Below are positions 23,129-36,890 of a DNA stretch of 64,000 nucleotides, in pieces (positions within the stretch are counted from its first letter, which is position 1; each line of letters opens with the position of its first letter). The notes beneath the pieces are model-generated. The model saw only the letters and a list, made by a program, of their open reading frames with translations. It made no database searches and was not told where the DNA came from. Made by a program: the position numbers and the translations under genes. The stretch lies in the NCBI GenBank assembly GCA_965112155.1, contig OZ218114.1, one strand, 5' to 3'. The DNA comes from Podarcis liolepis. Its lineage: Eukaryota.

Positions 23129-26100
23129 CTAATTAATTTTGTCATTCTTATAGTCCACCTTTCTAGCTGAATGGCCTGACAAGGTGGCTTTTTTTAAAAG
23201 CAGCATTGCACCTAAAATTTCATCAATAGTTTAAAAACCAATTTAGGTACTTTAAAACCTAATATATAAGCATAACTAGGAGTAAAGTGCTCTGGGATAA
23301 AATGCAAGTCTGCAGAAGGAAATGCCCACCGTGACGCTCTGCCTGTTTCTGACAGGCTGCCTTGCCCCCTGTGAATGTGATCCAAGCAGCATATGGCACC
23401 CAATGGGGCCTGGGTTTCTCCTAATAGAGCGAAGGCTCAAACCTCTAGCCAGAAGCTGATTAGCTTTAAGCACCTTCAGTCACATAGTGTAACCTCTGTC
23501 TCTTTCTTCCCCTCACCTTACCAGTGCAGCCTTCAGTCCTTAATAAGGTGGGAATTCAAATTTATGATCAGCACAGCTGTGATGTCCTGGAAATGTACTT
23601 GCTGGCAGAGGAGCAGATGCCTTCTCGGGAATGAGGGAGAATAACAGGAGACTCTATGGGTGCTTTTCTTCCCTCTGCGCCCCTCTCTCCCCAGGCAAAA
23701 ATATTAAAAGTTGGATTTTAGTAGAGGTGTCTTTCTAAGCTATGAGATGTACGGCTTAGTTGGGTTGGGGATTTCTTCTATTTTCCCTGATGGTGTTTTT
23801 GATTTCTTGGGAAGGGGTATGTTAGTGCTTTCTCCTTAAATATTCATACCATTTCCCCCCTGGGATTTGTTTTTGGTAATTAGTGAAATTGGGAGGGGCC
23901 TGGCATCGTTGGAGTGCATGTGAGAAGCTTGGGTGGAGTTTAGGAATGTAACTGGCCTCCCATGTTATCCCTCCTGCTCCCTAAAATCTGAGGGGAAGGC
24001 TCTTTTCTGTGTCCCGATGTGGCTGGGTTCCAAGTTGGTCTGGAGGCACGAGAGGGCCCTTTTCTGTCGCCTCTCCCCAGCTGCAGAGCTTGATCCCATG
24101 GGAGGTTTATTTGGCCCTCTGCTTTTAGCTTCCCCTTCCAGTTGCGCTTTTTATCAACCTTTGCATTTGCTCCTTTGCTGCTTGGGTTTCAGCTGATACA
24201 CTTGTTGATTGTTTTGCTGTATTTTGATTGTTGTTGACCGCTTGAGTGTTTGGTAAGTGGAAAGGCAGCAAATAAACATTCTTGAGACAGGTTTGATCTT
24301 TTAATTCCTGTGTCAGGTTTGGGTGCTAAATAGAGACTTCTATGCCCCAGTGTAGGGTTTTGTGGCCCCTAAAGGATGCCTTGCAAACAAACCCTCCCTA
24401 CTTTGACTATCTTCCCAGTTGATTGGCAGTTGTGGCATGGAGGGCTCTATCTGGATGTCTGGAGCCACACAGCATGGTGGGTTTCAGGGAGACTTCCCCA
24501 GAATTCAGTCAGAGAGGGAATTTCAGATTGCGGCCCTGTTTGAGAGAAGGCTTCGCATTTCTCTTTTTTATCTGGCAGATTGTACTCAAATTGTCTCTTC
24601 TGTAACATTTCTAATCCCCACCCCACTGTGCATAATCAGGTGTGCCTTCCCTTGATATGAATATCTGAAATACTGTGGTAATGTTTCTATATTTAAGATC
24701 TTCAGAATCTTAAAACTCGGATTTTTAAGGACCAGTTTTGGATAGTGCGTAAATTTCTGTGCTGCCGCCGTGTTTTACTTTGAGACCCGTAATACTAAAA
24801 CAAGTTTTTCCTAAAGCGTAAATGCTGCATTAGCTACGCCTGAGCTCCCAGGTCCACAATGTTTTATGTGTCATGTTATGCGTATTAACTGTACCCCCAC
24901 CCAGCCTTGTGATCAGTTTTTCTCTCTTCCCAAATAGGCCTACTATTGCTTTGTTGCTCCCATAGAAATGTAGACAAGTCGATCTGTGGCTCCGATAGCA
25001 AGCAAACATTTCACCAACAGCAGTATCATCTTACCTGCTTTGTTTCTCTCTAGATGCTGCTCACTGTGCAGTTTGACTGCTGCATTTGCAGGATGATGGT
25101 CTCGCTAAGGTTACATTTTGGTCCTTATCTGAGAGTAAATGTGGAGCAGGGGGGCAGCGGAAATAATATAATGGGAGTACAATTTGCTCCACAAAAGGGT
25201 TCCCACCTCTGCTCTGCTCCCCCCCCCCTCTCTCCAGCGTGGAAATCTCTCCTGTACCCTCCCGTAAAGCAAATTTAATATGGCACCAAACAGCTGGCTG
25301 GCTTGGAAACTGAAAAGTTTCCTTTCCAAGAGAAAGGGAGGGAGATAATTGAACGCTTTGATTTGTTTCATGGTTTGTTTGCCCTTTCATTCCTTTCCCG
25401 AGGTGCTGTTTGTTGAGGAATGTCTCCAATTGCCAGGGAGATGGTGGGGTGTCTAATACTTTCCCGCCAGCACTCCTTTCAGCCAGAGCCGAGGACCATG
25501 GCAAGCCTGCGACATGCATTTTTAATGCAGAACTCTATACCCCGGCCCTTGCAGCACGGCGGCGCGGCCCTCTCTGGAGCTTTCAGATTTAACGCTCCGC
25601 TGAACAAAGCACAGGCTCAGGGCAGTCGGCATCAGCTGGCATTAACCCCTGCGCGGACCAGTTAATTTCCCCACAGAGCCAGCCAGGGAGACGGCGAAAG
25701 GCTTTTGTTCCATTTATTTGATTATTTCCAACATTGCAACGGTGCCTTCAGATACAGATTTATTGTTGGTCTCGTTTGCTGATCCCGATTGCTGCAATCC
25801 ATCAGCATGTAGGACCTTTCCTTACCTGTGGCTAACTCTTTGCAACAGCCTGCATAGATCCCTCTCCTCTCCTCTTGAAGAAGCATGGGGATTATGTGGA
25901 GTTGAACACATGTAGCTTCCTTGTACCAAATCAGAGCATTCGCCCACCTAACCCCAGGCTGTCCACTTGTACTGGCAGCAACCTGCCACGGTCTCAGTTC
26001 TTTTGCAGCCATGTTGCGTGATAATTCCTGGGTTCAGACCTGGGGACTTCCTGAATGTAAAGGAGGGTTCTCCAATGAGTTATATATAGCCTCTTCTGTG

Positions 26101-26569
26101 GTGCCACGTAGGCTGGCATGGAACTGATATTCTTACAGTCTTGTGACCTTCTTCTGACTGTACGGGAAAGTTTTCTGATGGCTCAGTAAATGATAAGAAA
26201 TGGTTGAATAACATCTGCTTAGGCTTGCTCCCCCACTCCCGCTTCCTGTCTTTGCTGCTGTTCAAGCATCAGTCTGTTTGGCGATGTTCAAGAACGTCTA
26301 GCTCAGGGTTTCTCAAAGTTGGGTCTCCAGCTGTTTTTGGACTACAACTACCATCATCCCTAGGAATGGGAGGTATTCCAAGTCAGATGTGATTCCCAAG
26401 CAGACTTCAGCACCTCTTAGTTTGAGAAATCAACCCCTGGTGTTCAGAACCCACCAACTCTCTCCCTTCTCCCACCCAGTCCCATTACACATTGTGAATA
26501 GATTCATGCCCTTGAAAACTTTCCTAGCCACAAACTTCACTCTGGGAGACTGCCATTTTTTAAAATATT

Positions 26570-26913
26570 TATATTTTATTAAGGTGATTTCAGTTAAAAG
26601 AAATAAAGTGATACGGGGGGGGAGGGAGGGAGAGGAAGAAAAACACCAAAGATACATATAAAAGCAAAAATATGCAAAGAAAAGAAGAAGCAATATACAA
26701 TATTCCCATACATTCTTGTATAAATTGGTATAGTGTTATTATCCTGGTGCTTATGTAAATGTTAATAGCCTACTACATTTTGTATAAACTCATTCCAAAT
26801 GCTATCGTATTTATCCATACAGAGTCTGTGCCTGTAAGCAGTCCGTTCATAAATTGCCAGTGATGTCATATTGTCAGTCCATTGATTGAAGGGTATCAAA
26901 TTTTACTTTTCCA

Positions 26914-26959
<46 letters not shown>

Positions 26960-27570
26960 TCTTTATTGTCATGGTACAACCTGTGTACGATGAAATTAAA
27001 CAAGCCTCCCTCCCCCCAAACACTCAATCCCTTATCAAACAACACATCACCTCGCAAGTCAATTTCGCTATGTTGTTTTTTGGTCAACTGCCTAACAGCC
27101 CGTGGATAGAAGATATTTTTTAGCCTGTTGGTACGACTGATTATACTTCTATATCTCCTACCGAAGGGTAGAAGATTAAAGAGGCGATGGCTGGGGTGTG
27201 AGTCATCCCTGAGAATTTTTCTTGCTCTCCCAAGGCAATGATCCCTTGCGATGTCATCTAGCGGACTCAAGGGACAGCCCATGATATCATTCTGATTCCT
27301 CAATATCAATCTCTTGGCCACCATTAGGGCGCAGAAAATCCATTTCCATTGTCCCGTTGATAATTTCCATACTGCAGATACATAGTTCAATAAAATATTC
27401 TTGGCTGAAAGCTTTAACTTTTTCTGCACAGTCATGGTTACAGAGTCCAGCACTTTCTCCCAAAACTTGTTAAGAACACCGTACAACCATGTGTTTCAGA
27501 GAGACGTTGTCCTTGCCACATCTCCAACGCCGAGTTATCGCAGCTAGCCCATTTTTATACAACTGTAACT
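26570..27570 (-). mobile_element. L1/Tx1-clade LINE 3' fragment split by a nested insertion
   Basis: ORF2 C-terminal-like peptides FWEKV...LMVAKRLILRN and, after the insert and a frameshift, WKSK-LIPFNQWTDNMTSLAIYE...KYDSIWNEFI; A-rich 3' end on the minus strand. Boundaries are approximate. Confidence 0.7.
26917..27294 (-). mobile_element. Rex1/Babar-type LINE 3' fragment with (ATT)n tail
   Basis: IMGCPLSPLDDI...RARKILRDDSHPSHRLFNLLPFGRRYRSIISRTNRLKNIFYPRAVRQL matches the Rex1/Babar C-terminal motif. Confidence 0.8.
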
Positions 27571-28476
27571 CCAGGCTCTGCCATCTGCACCTAGCAGCAT
27601 AGGTCATGAAGGCTCCAGGAATACTGCAAGTTTTCTCCAGAAATAAGCATGAGTGTTGCCTCTGATGACACTCATAACATTAACGTGTTAACAATTGCAT
27701 TAGAGGGGAGAACTGTACACCTACCATCCATAATGGGAGAAAGAGTCTTGCATGTTTAAAATGTGATAGAGGGAGATGTTAGCTGCAGAGAGTCAGACTG
27801 GATACAAAACAGGCAGAGGTGTTAATGGCACTCAGCAAAGGATTTACACTCAAGCAGTGTTTAAAGTGTTTGCCTTGAGCCCTTTTGAATTGCATGCACA
27901 ACTTGACTTTAAAGTGATACCACAGAAATACATTTACACTTTTTAACAGTCGTGGACAGGCTCGCGTTCTTCAGCCAAAAAGTTTGCCCGTTTTCCCTGT
28001 GGTATTGGAGAGGAAATATCAGCAGGGCAGAGAAATCTGAACAAAAGGCAAAAAGTTTATCAGGAGGAGAAAGATTTCCCAAAGCTCAGCTAAGCCCCGT
28101 TGGGGTGAGGGACATTTTCTGTAAAGAGAGTTGGCAGGAACTGAGCCCTGCTTCCTGTCCCTGGGAGCAGCTGCTTCCCAGTTGGGTCATGGGTTTCTTC
28201 CTGACCCAATGAGAACAGGAATCCATAGTAAGAAAACCCCTTCTTTTTTACTAAATAAAGCCAGCGTCAAGCAGACACTCTTCCATTGAGGGTCAGAACA
28301 GATGTGACACAGCAGAACCGTGATCAGCTCTCCCAGTGTTTTTCTAAAACTTTTTTTTTAAGCTGCTGGCGGGGAAAGAGAGGTGGTCTGATTTTGATCG
28401 GAGCAATGGCATGGTGGGGGTGAGGGGTACTTAATCTTTTTCTGCTACTCAGTTTCTCCAGCTGAGATCACACACA

Positions 28477-28579
28477 TCCTGAAGCAAAGTTCTTAACCTG
28501 AAGCACTATTTCTGGGTTAGCGGAGTCTGTAACCTGAAGCGTATGTAACCTGAAGCATATGTAACCTGAGATACCACTG
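28477..28579 (-). mobile_element. Truncated copy of the 32667 MITE family
   Basis: Reverse complement nearly identical to 32667-32755; ends ...ataccactg|TA. Confidence 0.85.
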
Positions 28580-30291
28580 TAATAGGAAGCTTGAATTTTC
28601 TGACTTTGCCCCACTACATGCTGCTTTGGCAGCATCCTTTACCTTAGCCTCACCACATATTCTAATACAGAAATGAAAATCAAAGCCGCCTGAGCAGAGC
28701 CGAGTGGGATAATGTGTACACCTGTGAAGGGCTAGAACATCTGGCCCCTGCTTCATAACACTTCACAAGTGACAAGAGATGGCTCACCTGGCCAGTTTGT
28801 GACTAAGCCCCATAATAGGAGTTTGTTGACACAGAGGTTAATACAGCACCTGGCATCTCAATGCTTACTCTTTCAGACTTCCCTCTTATGGCAAAAGCAG
28901 AAGGAAATTGCAGTTGCACTGTAAACTGTGCCTGCATCCTGGTACATCCGTGCCTAAGTACTGCATCAATAGAATCACATTGTTCTCCGGGGCGAAGTAA
29001 GCGCTCTTTTTTATTGCAGGAATGGAGCTTGGAGATAACAGAGACTTCGTATTATGGCATCACAATTTGGCCCAATTACTTTTGAGCATTAAAGGTGCTA
29101 TTATTAAGGGTTTCCTTTATAGCACATGCTTGCAGAGCCCTGGAGATGGATATAAGGGAGACCTTTTCTGGCTCTAGAATTGTCTTAGGGGTCCCAATCC
29201 TGCCATCAAAGTAGCACAAGGGTATCCTTGCTCCTTACAAGTGAGCCATATAATAGTAAACGGTGCTTGGAGGACACACCCGGCTGACCTCCCTTGATTT
29301 CGTTGCAAATAGAAGGCTCTATTTTGGTGGTGTTTCTTAGATTCTTTGCAGCCTAGTGGAATACTTTAGTTTTCAGGAAGCACACCTGGAAAAATGAGGG
29401 CCCTTCTAGATCAGATCAAATCTCCATCTAGCCCAACTTCTTCCTTCCATCAGTGACCACCAAGTGTCATCAATTCAGATCAAACAGACTGTGTTTGCAC
29501 ACAACACGTAAGCTAAGCTCTCTAACTGACATTTTGCAAGCCATTGGCAGCATACTTTCAAATCTTAAATTGCAACCTTATAGGCAATGTTTATTACTGG
29601 GTGTGTCCCCCCACAAGAGGGTACAAAAGCCATCCATTACATTGTGACTGTGCAGGATTTGCTCCCCTGCCTAGTGCTGAAGTGTCCAGCAGGTGCAGCA
29701 GAGTTTGACTTAAGCAATGTTGCAGTCCCTAACCAGACTATTCTATAGAACTTCTCGCTGCAACATTTGGCCAAGGGCAGCCTCACTGTTGGTGCCAAAT
29801 GCTCGTTCAACTTACAGATGTCTCTGTTCTCTGCAAATGCTAGCAAGGAAGCAAATCTCTGTTTTCCTCTTTTAGTGGGAAGCAACCTTTTCTTTTACAG
29901 AGCTCTGTGCGCTGCAGGTGAATCATGGGCGAGGCTTAAGGAAAGGGCTTCCAAAGAGTGACCAGTTCGCAGGTTAACAGGCATTAGATCAGCAGCTTTT
30001 AAATTTTGCATGAAAGGTCTCTGCTTATTACAAGAAAGAGGTATGTTATTTCAGCAGGTTTATGGCGAATCATAAAAATAGTAAAGATTCCTCTGGCAGG
30101 CCTGATGCTGCTAGGGGCTGGAGCAGACATAATGGAGCTGCAGTTAAGAGAGCAGCGGCCGAACACAATATTTCATGCCTTCTCCCCACACTCCCTCCCT
30201 GGCTCCAGTTGCCTGCTGAGGGGTCTCCCTTCATATGAGCTGCCAAGAAGTCAGTTCCCCATGGTTCTCCTTTAAAGACCCATGAATTGAT

Positions 30292-30390
30292 TGTAGCAGC
30301 ATCTTTTGCGGACTAGAACCCACTTCGTTGCATGAAGGTAACGCTCACTGCATCTGAAGAAGGGGCCTCCAGTCCAAGCGAGCTTATGCC
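30292..30390. mobile_element. Decayed Penelope palindrome remnant with mutated hammerhead
   Basis: gcat-CTGAAGA-a...GCGA(for GAAA)GCT-T-atgc on + strand; degenerate inverted arm upstream. Confidence 0.55.
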
Positions 30391-32362
30391 ATGTCAGTCT
30401 CCGTGAAATAAATACAGTCCATATATGGACAGAAGGAATCTCCCTGGATATAACAGTTTTCACACACAGGGCAGACTAAAGATAATAGTTTGGGTTCCTC
30501 ACTTGAAGCTTTATAAATTTATATATTGTACCATGACGAATGAAAATCATTAATTATGTAGCTGTTGACTAGGGGATTATTATTATAACTGAAATGTAAC
30601 TGACATTACTTAAGACTATGGAACACAATGATATAAGATTGGAAATGCACCCAAACCATCATGCGGGGACCAATTGAACTAAAATGTATTAATTGGAAGT
30701 TGATTGGCACTTTGATAATTGTATAATTTGGGAATTAATCAATATTGTTATAATTTGGCTATTATTGGGAGTATATCGGAAAACGTGTGTGTGCGCGCGA
30801 GCACGAAAAGAATGCAGTTTTCAGGGGACTTCCTAGATTCAAAAACCCTTTCATTCCATCAGCAATAGTACTGCATTGTTTAATCAGTTACGGAATAGTC
30901 TACTTTTTTAAACATTGAACAACTAAAAAATATTACCTTGAATAACTGGGTAATAGACTTTTTAAAAGCAAATATTATTTGTAATTCAAGTATTTACAAA
31001 AATTATAGGTGGTAAGCACCATCTGTAAAGAGGGCTTACCACCTTCTCACACACAAATGATGGTATCTCTTCTAAAACAGTGTATGCTAAATCTCAGATG
31101 TAAAACAAGGTAAATAAGAGTTTTGTTTCAGAACTATTGTTTGCTCATAGGAAACTAAAACTCATCCTATTAATTGACTTTAATTGAGGGTCACCCTAGT
31201 TAGCATAATATCGCCTAGGTCCTTTGGCCTAAACCTGCCTGAGTTTAACTGAGAAGTCCATCAAGGGAACACATAGGTACATTCCAATGTAACTCATTTT
31301 AATATGAAGTTTGGACTGCCCTCTGTATGAGAAGAAATTCTGAATCTTCTTACTTCGTTTAGAATTGCTTCATTTGTTACATGATCAAAGGCTTCTGACA
31401 TGTATATGGCAGGCACCAAATGAATTGCGAAACACAGGGCTTAATTCTCTGAGCCATAATTTGGAGGTGGTTGTTGTTGGTTATTGTGATTCTTTGCCCG
31501 CTGAAAATGAGAGCCTTGAACAACAGCTTTTGATCATTCTTTAGATCACATTCTTGAATATCACCTGTATTTTTTGCTGCTGTCTACATGCTGTTTTATT
31601 GAACATGGAAAATTAACACACTGCTGGGCTGCCCAAGACCAAACTGAGGGTCATTCTCTCTATATATTTTTCCTGACTCACTCCGTGTTGAAAGTAAGGA
31701 GAAGGGGATTTGCTGTTTGTGGACCCAGCAGCAGTAGAGAAGAGAACCTACTGAAAATGAAGTTGTAGATTTTGGTGAAAATCAGCTCTCATTTTTGTTG
31801 CCTTGTTGCATTCTAAAATATAATGGGGGCCTGAGAGGAGGAATACTGGATCACAGCTTGCCAGTTTGCTTTTCATCTTGGCAGGAGTGGTTTTCAATTT
31901 TTTTCTTTTGTCACCCCGTGAGAATTGAGTGTACCCAACTGTACACTTCAGTAGTGGTGGACAAGATAATTTTTAGTGAAACCTGTCCATGTCCTTCCTT
32001 CTCTGGGATATTTTGACAGCCAATTCTGTAAAGCAAGGTTGGCATTTGTTCTCAAGGGCCATTCAGTTCTCCAGATAGTGATCCAAAGGTCAGAAGTGTG
32101 GTTTGGTTGTTGCGTGATCAGGCTTTGCATTAAATCTGGTGCCACCTGGCAGTGAGGGCTTCACAATTATGAAACACTGTGAGGTGGAGCAAAAGAGGGC
32201 ATATTGCATACAAAATCCCAAAGTAGTGTAACGTGAAAGTGTGACTTTCCTCTCACACACCACTTCAAGGTGGCATTCCATAGTTTCGGGGCTTGCTCTG
32301 GACTGTCAGTTGGTTCCCCATTTCTGCTGGAGTGTGTAAAGCCATTCAAGGAGTGGGTGGAT

Positions 32363-32369
32363 GGATAGA

Positions 32370-32421
<52 letters not shown>

Positions 32422-32442
32422 TAGATAGATAGATAGATAGAT
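32363..32442. repeat. Compound (GATA)n(GACA)n(GATA)n microsatellite
   Basis: Direct observation. Confidence 0.95.
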
Positions 32443-32666
32443 CTTCTACTATTTTATGTAAGGTTGGCCCTGTCACAAAGGGCGTTGCACATAGGTTACC
32501 TACAGTAATTGTTTTCACCTGTTACCACCTTGTCCGAGTTGACAACATTTTATGACAATGAGTATTCAGAATGCAAATGAATGAAAATGAACTGCAAGTG
32601 CCTAGCAAAATATGTAAACATGTGCATTCCCATTTTTATGCACTGGATCTGTTTGAAGAATGTGTA

Positions 32667-32884
32667 CAGTGGTACCTCGGGTTACAGACGCTTCAGGTTA
32701 CAGACTCCGCTAACCCAGAAATAGTACCTCAGGTTAAGAACTTTGTTTCAGGATGAGAACAGAAATTCCGCAGCAGCGGCAGCGGGAGGCCCCATTAGCT
32801 AAAGTGGTACCTCAGGTTAAGAACAGTTTCAGGTTAAGAACGGACCTCCAGAACGAATTAAGTTCTTAACCCGAGGTACCACTG
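32667..32884 (+). mobile_element. Tc1/mariner (pogo/Tigger-like) MITE, intact, 218 bp
   Basis: Perfect 18-bp TIR CAGTGGTACCTCGGGTTA / TAACCCGAGGTACCACTG; TA TSDs. Confidence 0.92.
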
Positions 32885-35800
32885 TATTCTTTTCAGGTAT
32901 CTTTAAAAACATGAGTGACCTGGTTTTCCCTTTGCAACGGTGCCAAGAGGCAACATGTTTACATGTTGGATAGTGTCCATCCATTTTGTTGTCTTAATAT
33001 TCCTGGGAAGAAAGAACTTGACTTAGTGTGGGACTTTATCATTACGATTTCTTGAACAGTAGCTTCTTAAATACACTTGAACATAATCCTAATGCACCGC
33101 TCCCGTAAAGTCTCTCAAACACCAAAAATTGTAGTTCTCCCATTCCTTCATTCTAAAGAAACGCCACCCCTGCTAAACACACACAAAAACACACTCACTC
33201 TCTCTTTTCCCCTCTCTGCACACACACTCTTCACAGAGTGAACAAGAGAATACCCCACCCCCTTTGTTAAGGTCCTAAATCTATGGTTTACTTTGTAACG
33301 TAGCTGGCTCTTGAAGGACACAGTTGCACAGAATTTTTGGAGCAGCCTAATAGCTTCCTGTCTGTTCCTTAATTATTTAAGGTTTATTGAAGGTTTTCCA
33401 CAAAAGTCCAGCAGATAAATCTGTACCAGTTGGACATAAAAAGTTTCTCTCTCCAGTGTAACTCTTCCACCAGCCCCCATTAATAGCAAAGGAGAGAAAG
33501 TCAAATTGAAACAAGAGAAATGAACTCTCCTTCACCTAAAAGATCTGCTATGGATATCTACTTTGCTTAACAATTTTGAGAAGCTATGCAGTTGGGCATC
33601 AGAGATGCTCATGTGAACCATAATTTGTTCACCAGAACTCATAATAATCTTAAAAAATGTTTGGGTGTAAATTATTGTTAATATTAACAACACACACACA
33701 CACCCCAAGATTTGCTCAAGCAGGAAAAATATTTTAACATTATCAACACAACAAAACAGATTGTTTCATCATGTTTGCTACTTCGGCTACTTTAGCAAAA
33801 TTAGCATAGCTGCTGTTATAAAACACTGGAATTAACTTTAAAAAGCGTAGTATTATTACTTTTAGCAAGGTTAGGTAAAATGCAAAGCATTCATAGAACT
33901 CGCTGTAGTCTCTGGCTTTTATCCCGGAATGGCAGGGTCAACCTCCATGTATTTTTTTATTTATTGGATGTAAACCAGAAACAAAGCAAAGTAACAGTAG
34001 CTATTAAAATGTGAGACTTTTTAGAAGGAGTTTTGCAAAATGGCTCATTCTCTAAGCATCACCAACCTTGTGAATCATTGAATATTTAAACTGGATCAAA
34101 TAATTGATTGTCTTATGTGCCAACCCTTCATCTAAGAGCTTGCTTGTGCCCTCTGCAATTTTCTCCCTGTCTCCTTTTGTATTCTTAAGACTCCTCTACG
34201 GTATCAGAAACTGCCTCCGAACCTCCCCTCTGTTGCAAAATCAGCGTACTGCGCAGCTGGCAAGGCTGGCCTGCCCATGAGGTGGCAGGCTCCAGACAGC
34301 GGGCAGGTGTGGCACATCTGCTTCCTGTACTTGTAAGCCACTTCCTCCTCTGCTGTGAGCCCCACCCACCCTGTTCTTGGGCAGCAATGGGCAAGCAGTG
34401 ACAGGCAGGCACGTGGGGGGGGGGCATTTTCTGCAAAATCTCCTGGGCGGCCTTACCTGCTGGTCTGAGAAAGGAACATCTTGAGCCTCCTTGGGAGACC
34501 GGAACTAGCTATTGCACCCCAATCTTCTCTATCCCTTCCACTATTTTCTTTGCCATTGTTAAGTCAGGGATGCAATGCCGTTCTTTTATTTAAGTGAATT
34601 GTACAGTTCCCCAATATCAATAGCAGGTAGGGTTTTCTTATTATTTGCAAGAGGTTGTAATAAAAAATTTAGCAGCGCATTTTAACGAGCCCTTGTGGCT
34701 TCATATTAACAGTTACTCAGTGCAATAAAAAGAAGAAAACAGCAACGGGGAAAATGTTACTTTTTTCTCCTTGCCAAAAAACGTTACCCTGTCCAGCTAA
34801 TAAAACAGAAACGTTTGCCTCCGCAGTAAATTTCAAATATATATTCTCTGTGGGTTTTTGGTCCTCCCGCATGTGGAAAAGGAAGGTACAACAAGCCTTT
34901 CACGCCTAGGAAGTGCTACAAGCAGAACTGGCAGGTGACCAACATGTTGCATATGTTAAGTGAACTCTTTGTATGTGGACTGGCAGTAAGTTCTGGACAG
35001 AGAAGAGTGTGTCTAATAGAACTCCCTGGCTCAAGGTGTGTGATGGCTGGTAGTTTAGATTATGTTAGAATAGGATTAAGAATATCTCTGCAGGTCGGAC
35101 CAAAATTCTATCTAGTCCAGCATCCTCTTTCCACCAGCACCTAAGCTTATGCCTTCAAGATGCCCACAAGCTGAAGGCAATAGCCCACTCCTGTTATTGT
35201 TCCCTAGAAAATGGTACCCCGACTCATGTTGTTGTTGATGATGATGATGATGTTGGCCTCTAAACATGGAGAGACCATTTCCCCATCATGACTAATAGCT
35301 ATTGTTAGACCTATATTCTTCCCCATGTATTTATCACTAAATTGTCTTGCGTAGCATCTCAGCCCACGACCATCACCACATCACAATGAATCCCTCATTA
35401 CACACATTCGTAACTGGCAGTCGATGGTTACAAGACAAGATCCCTAAATGGAACATCCGTGTTCAGAGCCAGCGTACCTCTGAATACTTGGCTGCTGGGA
35501 GCAAATAGTAATGGATGGCAATTACCTTTATTCACTTTTGTGGAATTGGGAATTCTGGGCCAGTTCTGTCTGGGTAGTCTTTTTTAAAGTTCTTCTGGAA
35601 GTGCGTGTTAGCAGAAGACTTCAGTAGTCCTTTTGCTGTGTTCAGTACTGGAAATGAAACAAGGTCCAGAGATGGTTCAGATGGTTGCTTTTCTGTAGGC
35701 TCAGCGGTTCAGCACCGTTTGAAAAGCTGTTACCATGCACCAATAAATTAGAGGTTTGTTGTTGGTTTAAATGCTTTAATTAAAATATTTATCACCTGCC

Positions 35801-36841
35801 TGAGTTCTTGAGATAGAAGCTGCAAGCCCAACACAAAGTTTATAGCATGAAAAGTCATTCCTCCCCTCAATTCCTCATCGAATTTCTGAGCAACTTTAAA
35901 TAGGATTAGGATGTCTTTGCACTGCAGTTTACTCTAGGACCTACCGTTAAAAAAGTGCTGTAGAATTAGCAGAGATATACAGTTCCATGAACTATGTAGC
36001 CACAGAGAAACCCTTCCCACCACCACAAAGAAATGTGAAATTTTGAATGCATGTGTGTACACACAACCAGTACAAACATTTATATATTTGATTGGCTATG
36101 GCTTTCTATAACAAATTTGGGAATATTAAGTCAGTCACATAGAAGAGATGGAATCAAGAAGATACTTATGCTGTTATGGACACCAGACATTTATGGAGTC
36201 ACATTAAGGGTGTTGCAAATTATTGGCTTTGTCTTTTTTTATGTAGCCTCCTGCCCATTTTGGGGGGGCAGAGAAATAACATAACCAGCCATGCCACAGT
36301 ATATAAATTAGTACATAATCAAGAGTCACTCTTGCAGTTTTGAAGATGTGACAAGAATGCATTTCCCCCCATAGACTCACATTTGAAAGAGTAGTTTCTG
36401 AATGGGAGTTCCCAGTGTACTGTTTTATGTTCAAGTCTGTTTGGCCCATCTGATCATTTGGTAGCAACTTGAAAATCCTTCCTTACCATTCATGGTGTTA
36501 TCATGCTACAAGGAACCAGCATGTCAAAATCCATATTCTACACTGAGACGGAGTTTATTAAGAGTCTGAAACTAGAGAAAATTTTATCTGTTAATATTTC
36601 ATTGAAAACTGTGATGAGTTAGGATGATCAGGGGTATGGAGTGACTACCCTAAAAATCAGTTTGAAATCAGCGTGTTTGTACTTAACCCTGCTGTGTTAC
36701 AAATATATTGCAGAGATGTAGCATACTGGTGGGGGGGGGGAGAGAGAGAGAAATCAAACACTGGAGTGCAAAGCTACCCACAGTGATGGGTAATTTGACT
36801 TGATCATTGATTAACGTATCCTGTTTCTTGTTTTCTTCCAG

Positions 36842-36890
36842 GTCTGATGAAATTGAGATTATCATGACAGACCTTGAAAGAGCAAATCAG
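36842..36890 (+). CDS. CUX1: CUX1/CASP exon 9 (SDEIEIIMTDLERANQ)
   Basis: cttccag|GTCT...TCAG|gtaagg; 49 nt. Confidence 0.96.

Noticed and set aside
25054-25134. Cryptic exon after a strong pyrimidine tract/AG at 25053
   Set aside because: The donors are weak and there is an in-frame stop. With no independent support, such pseudo-exons are common in long introns.
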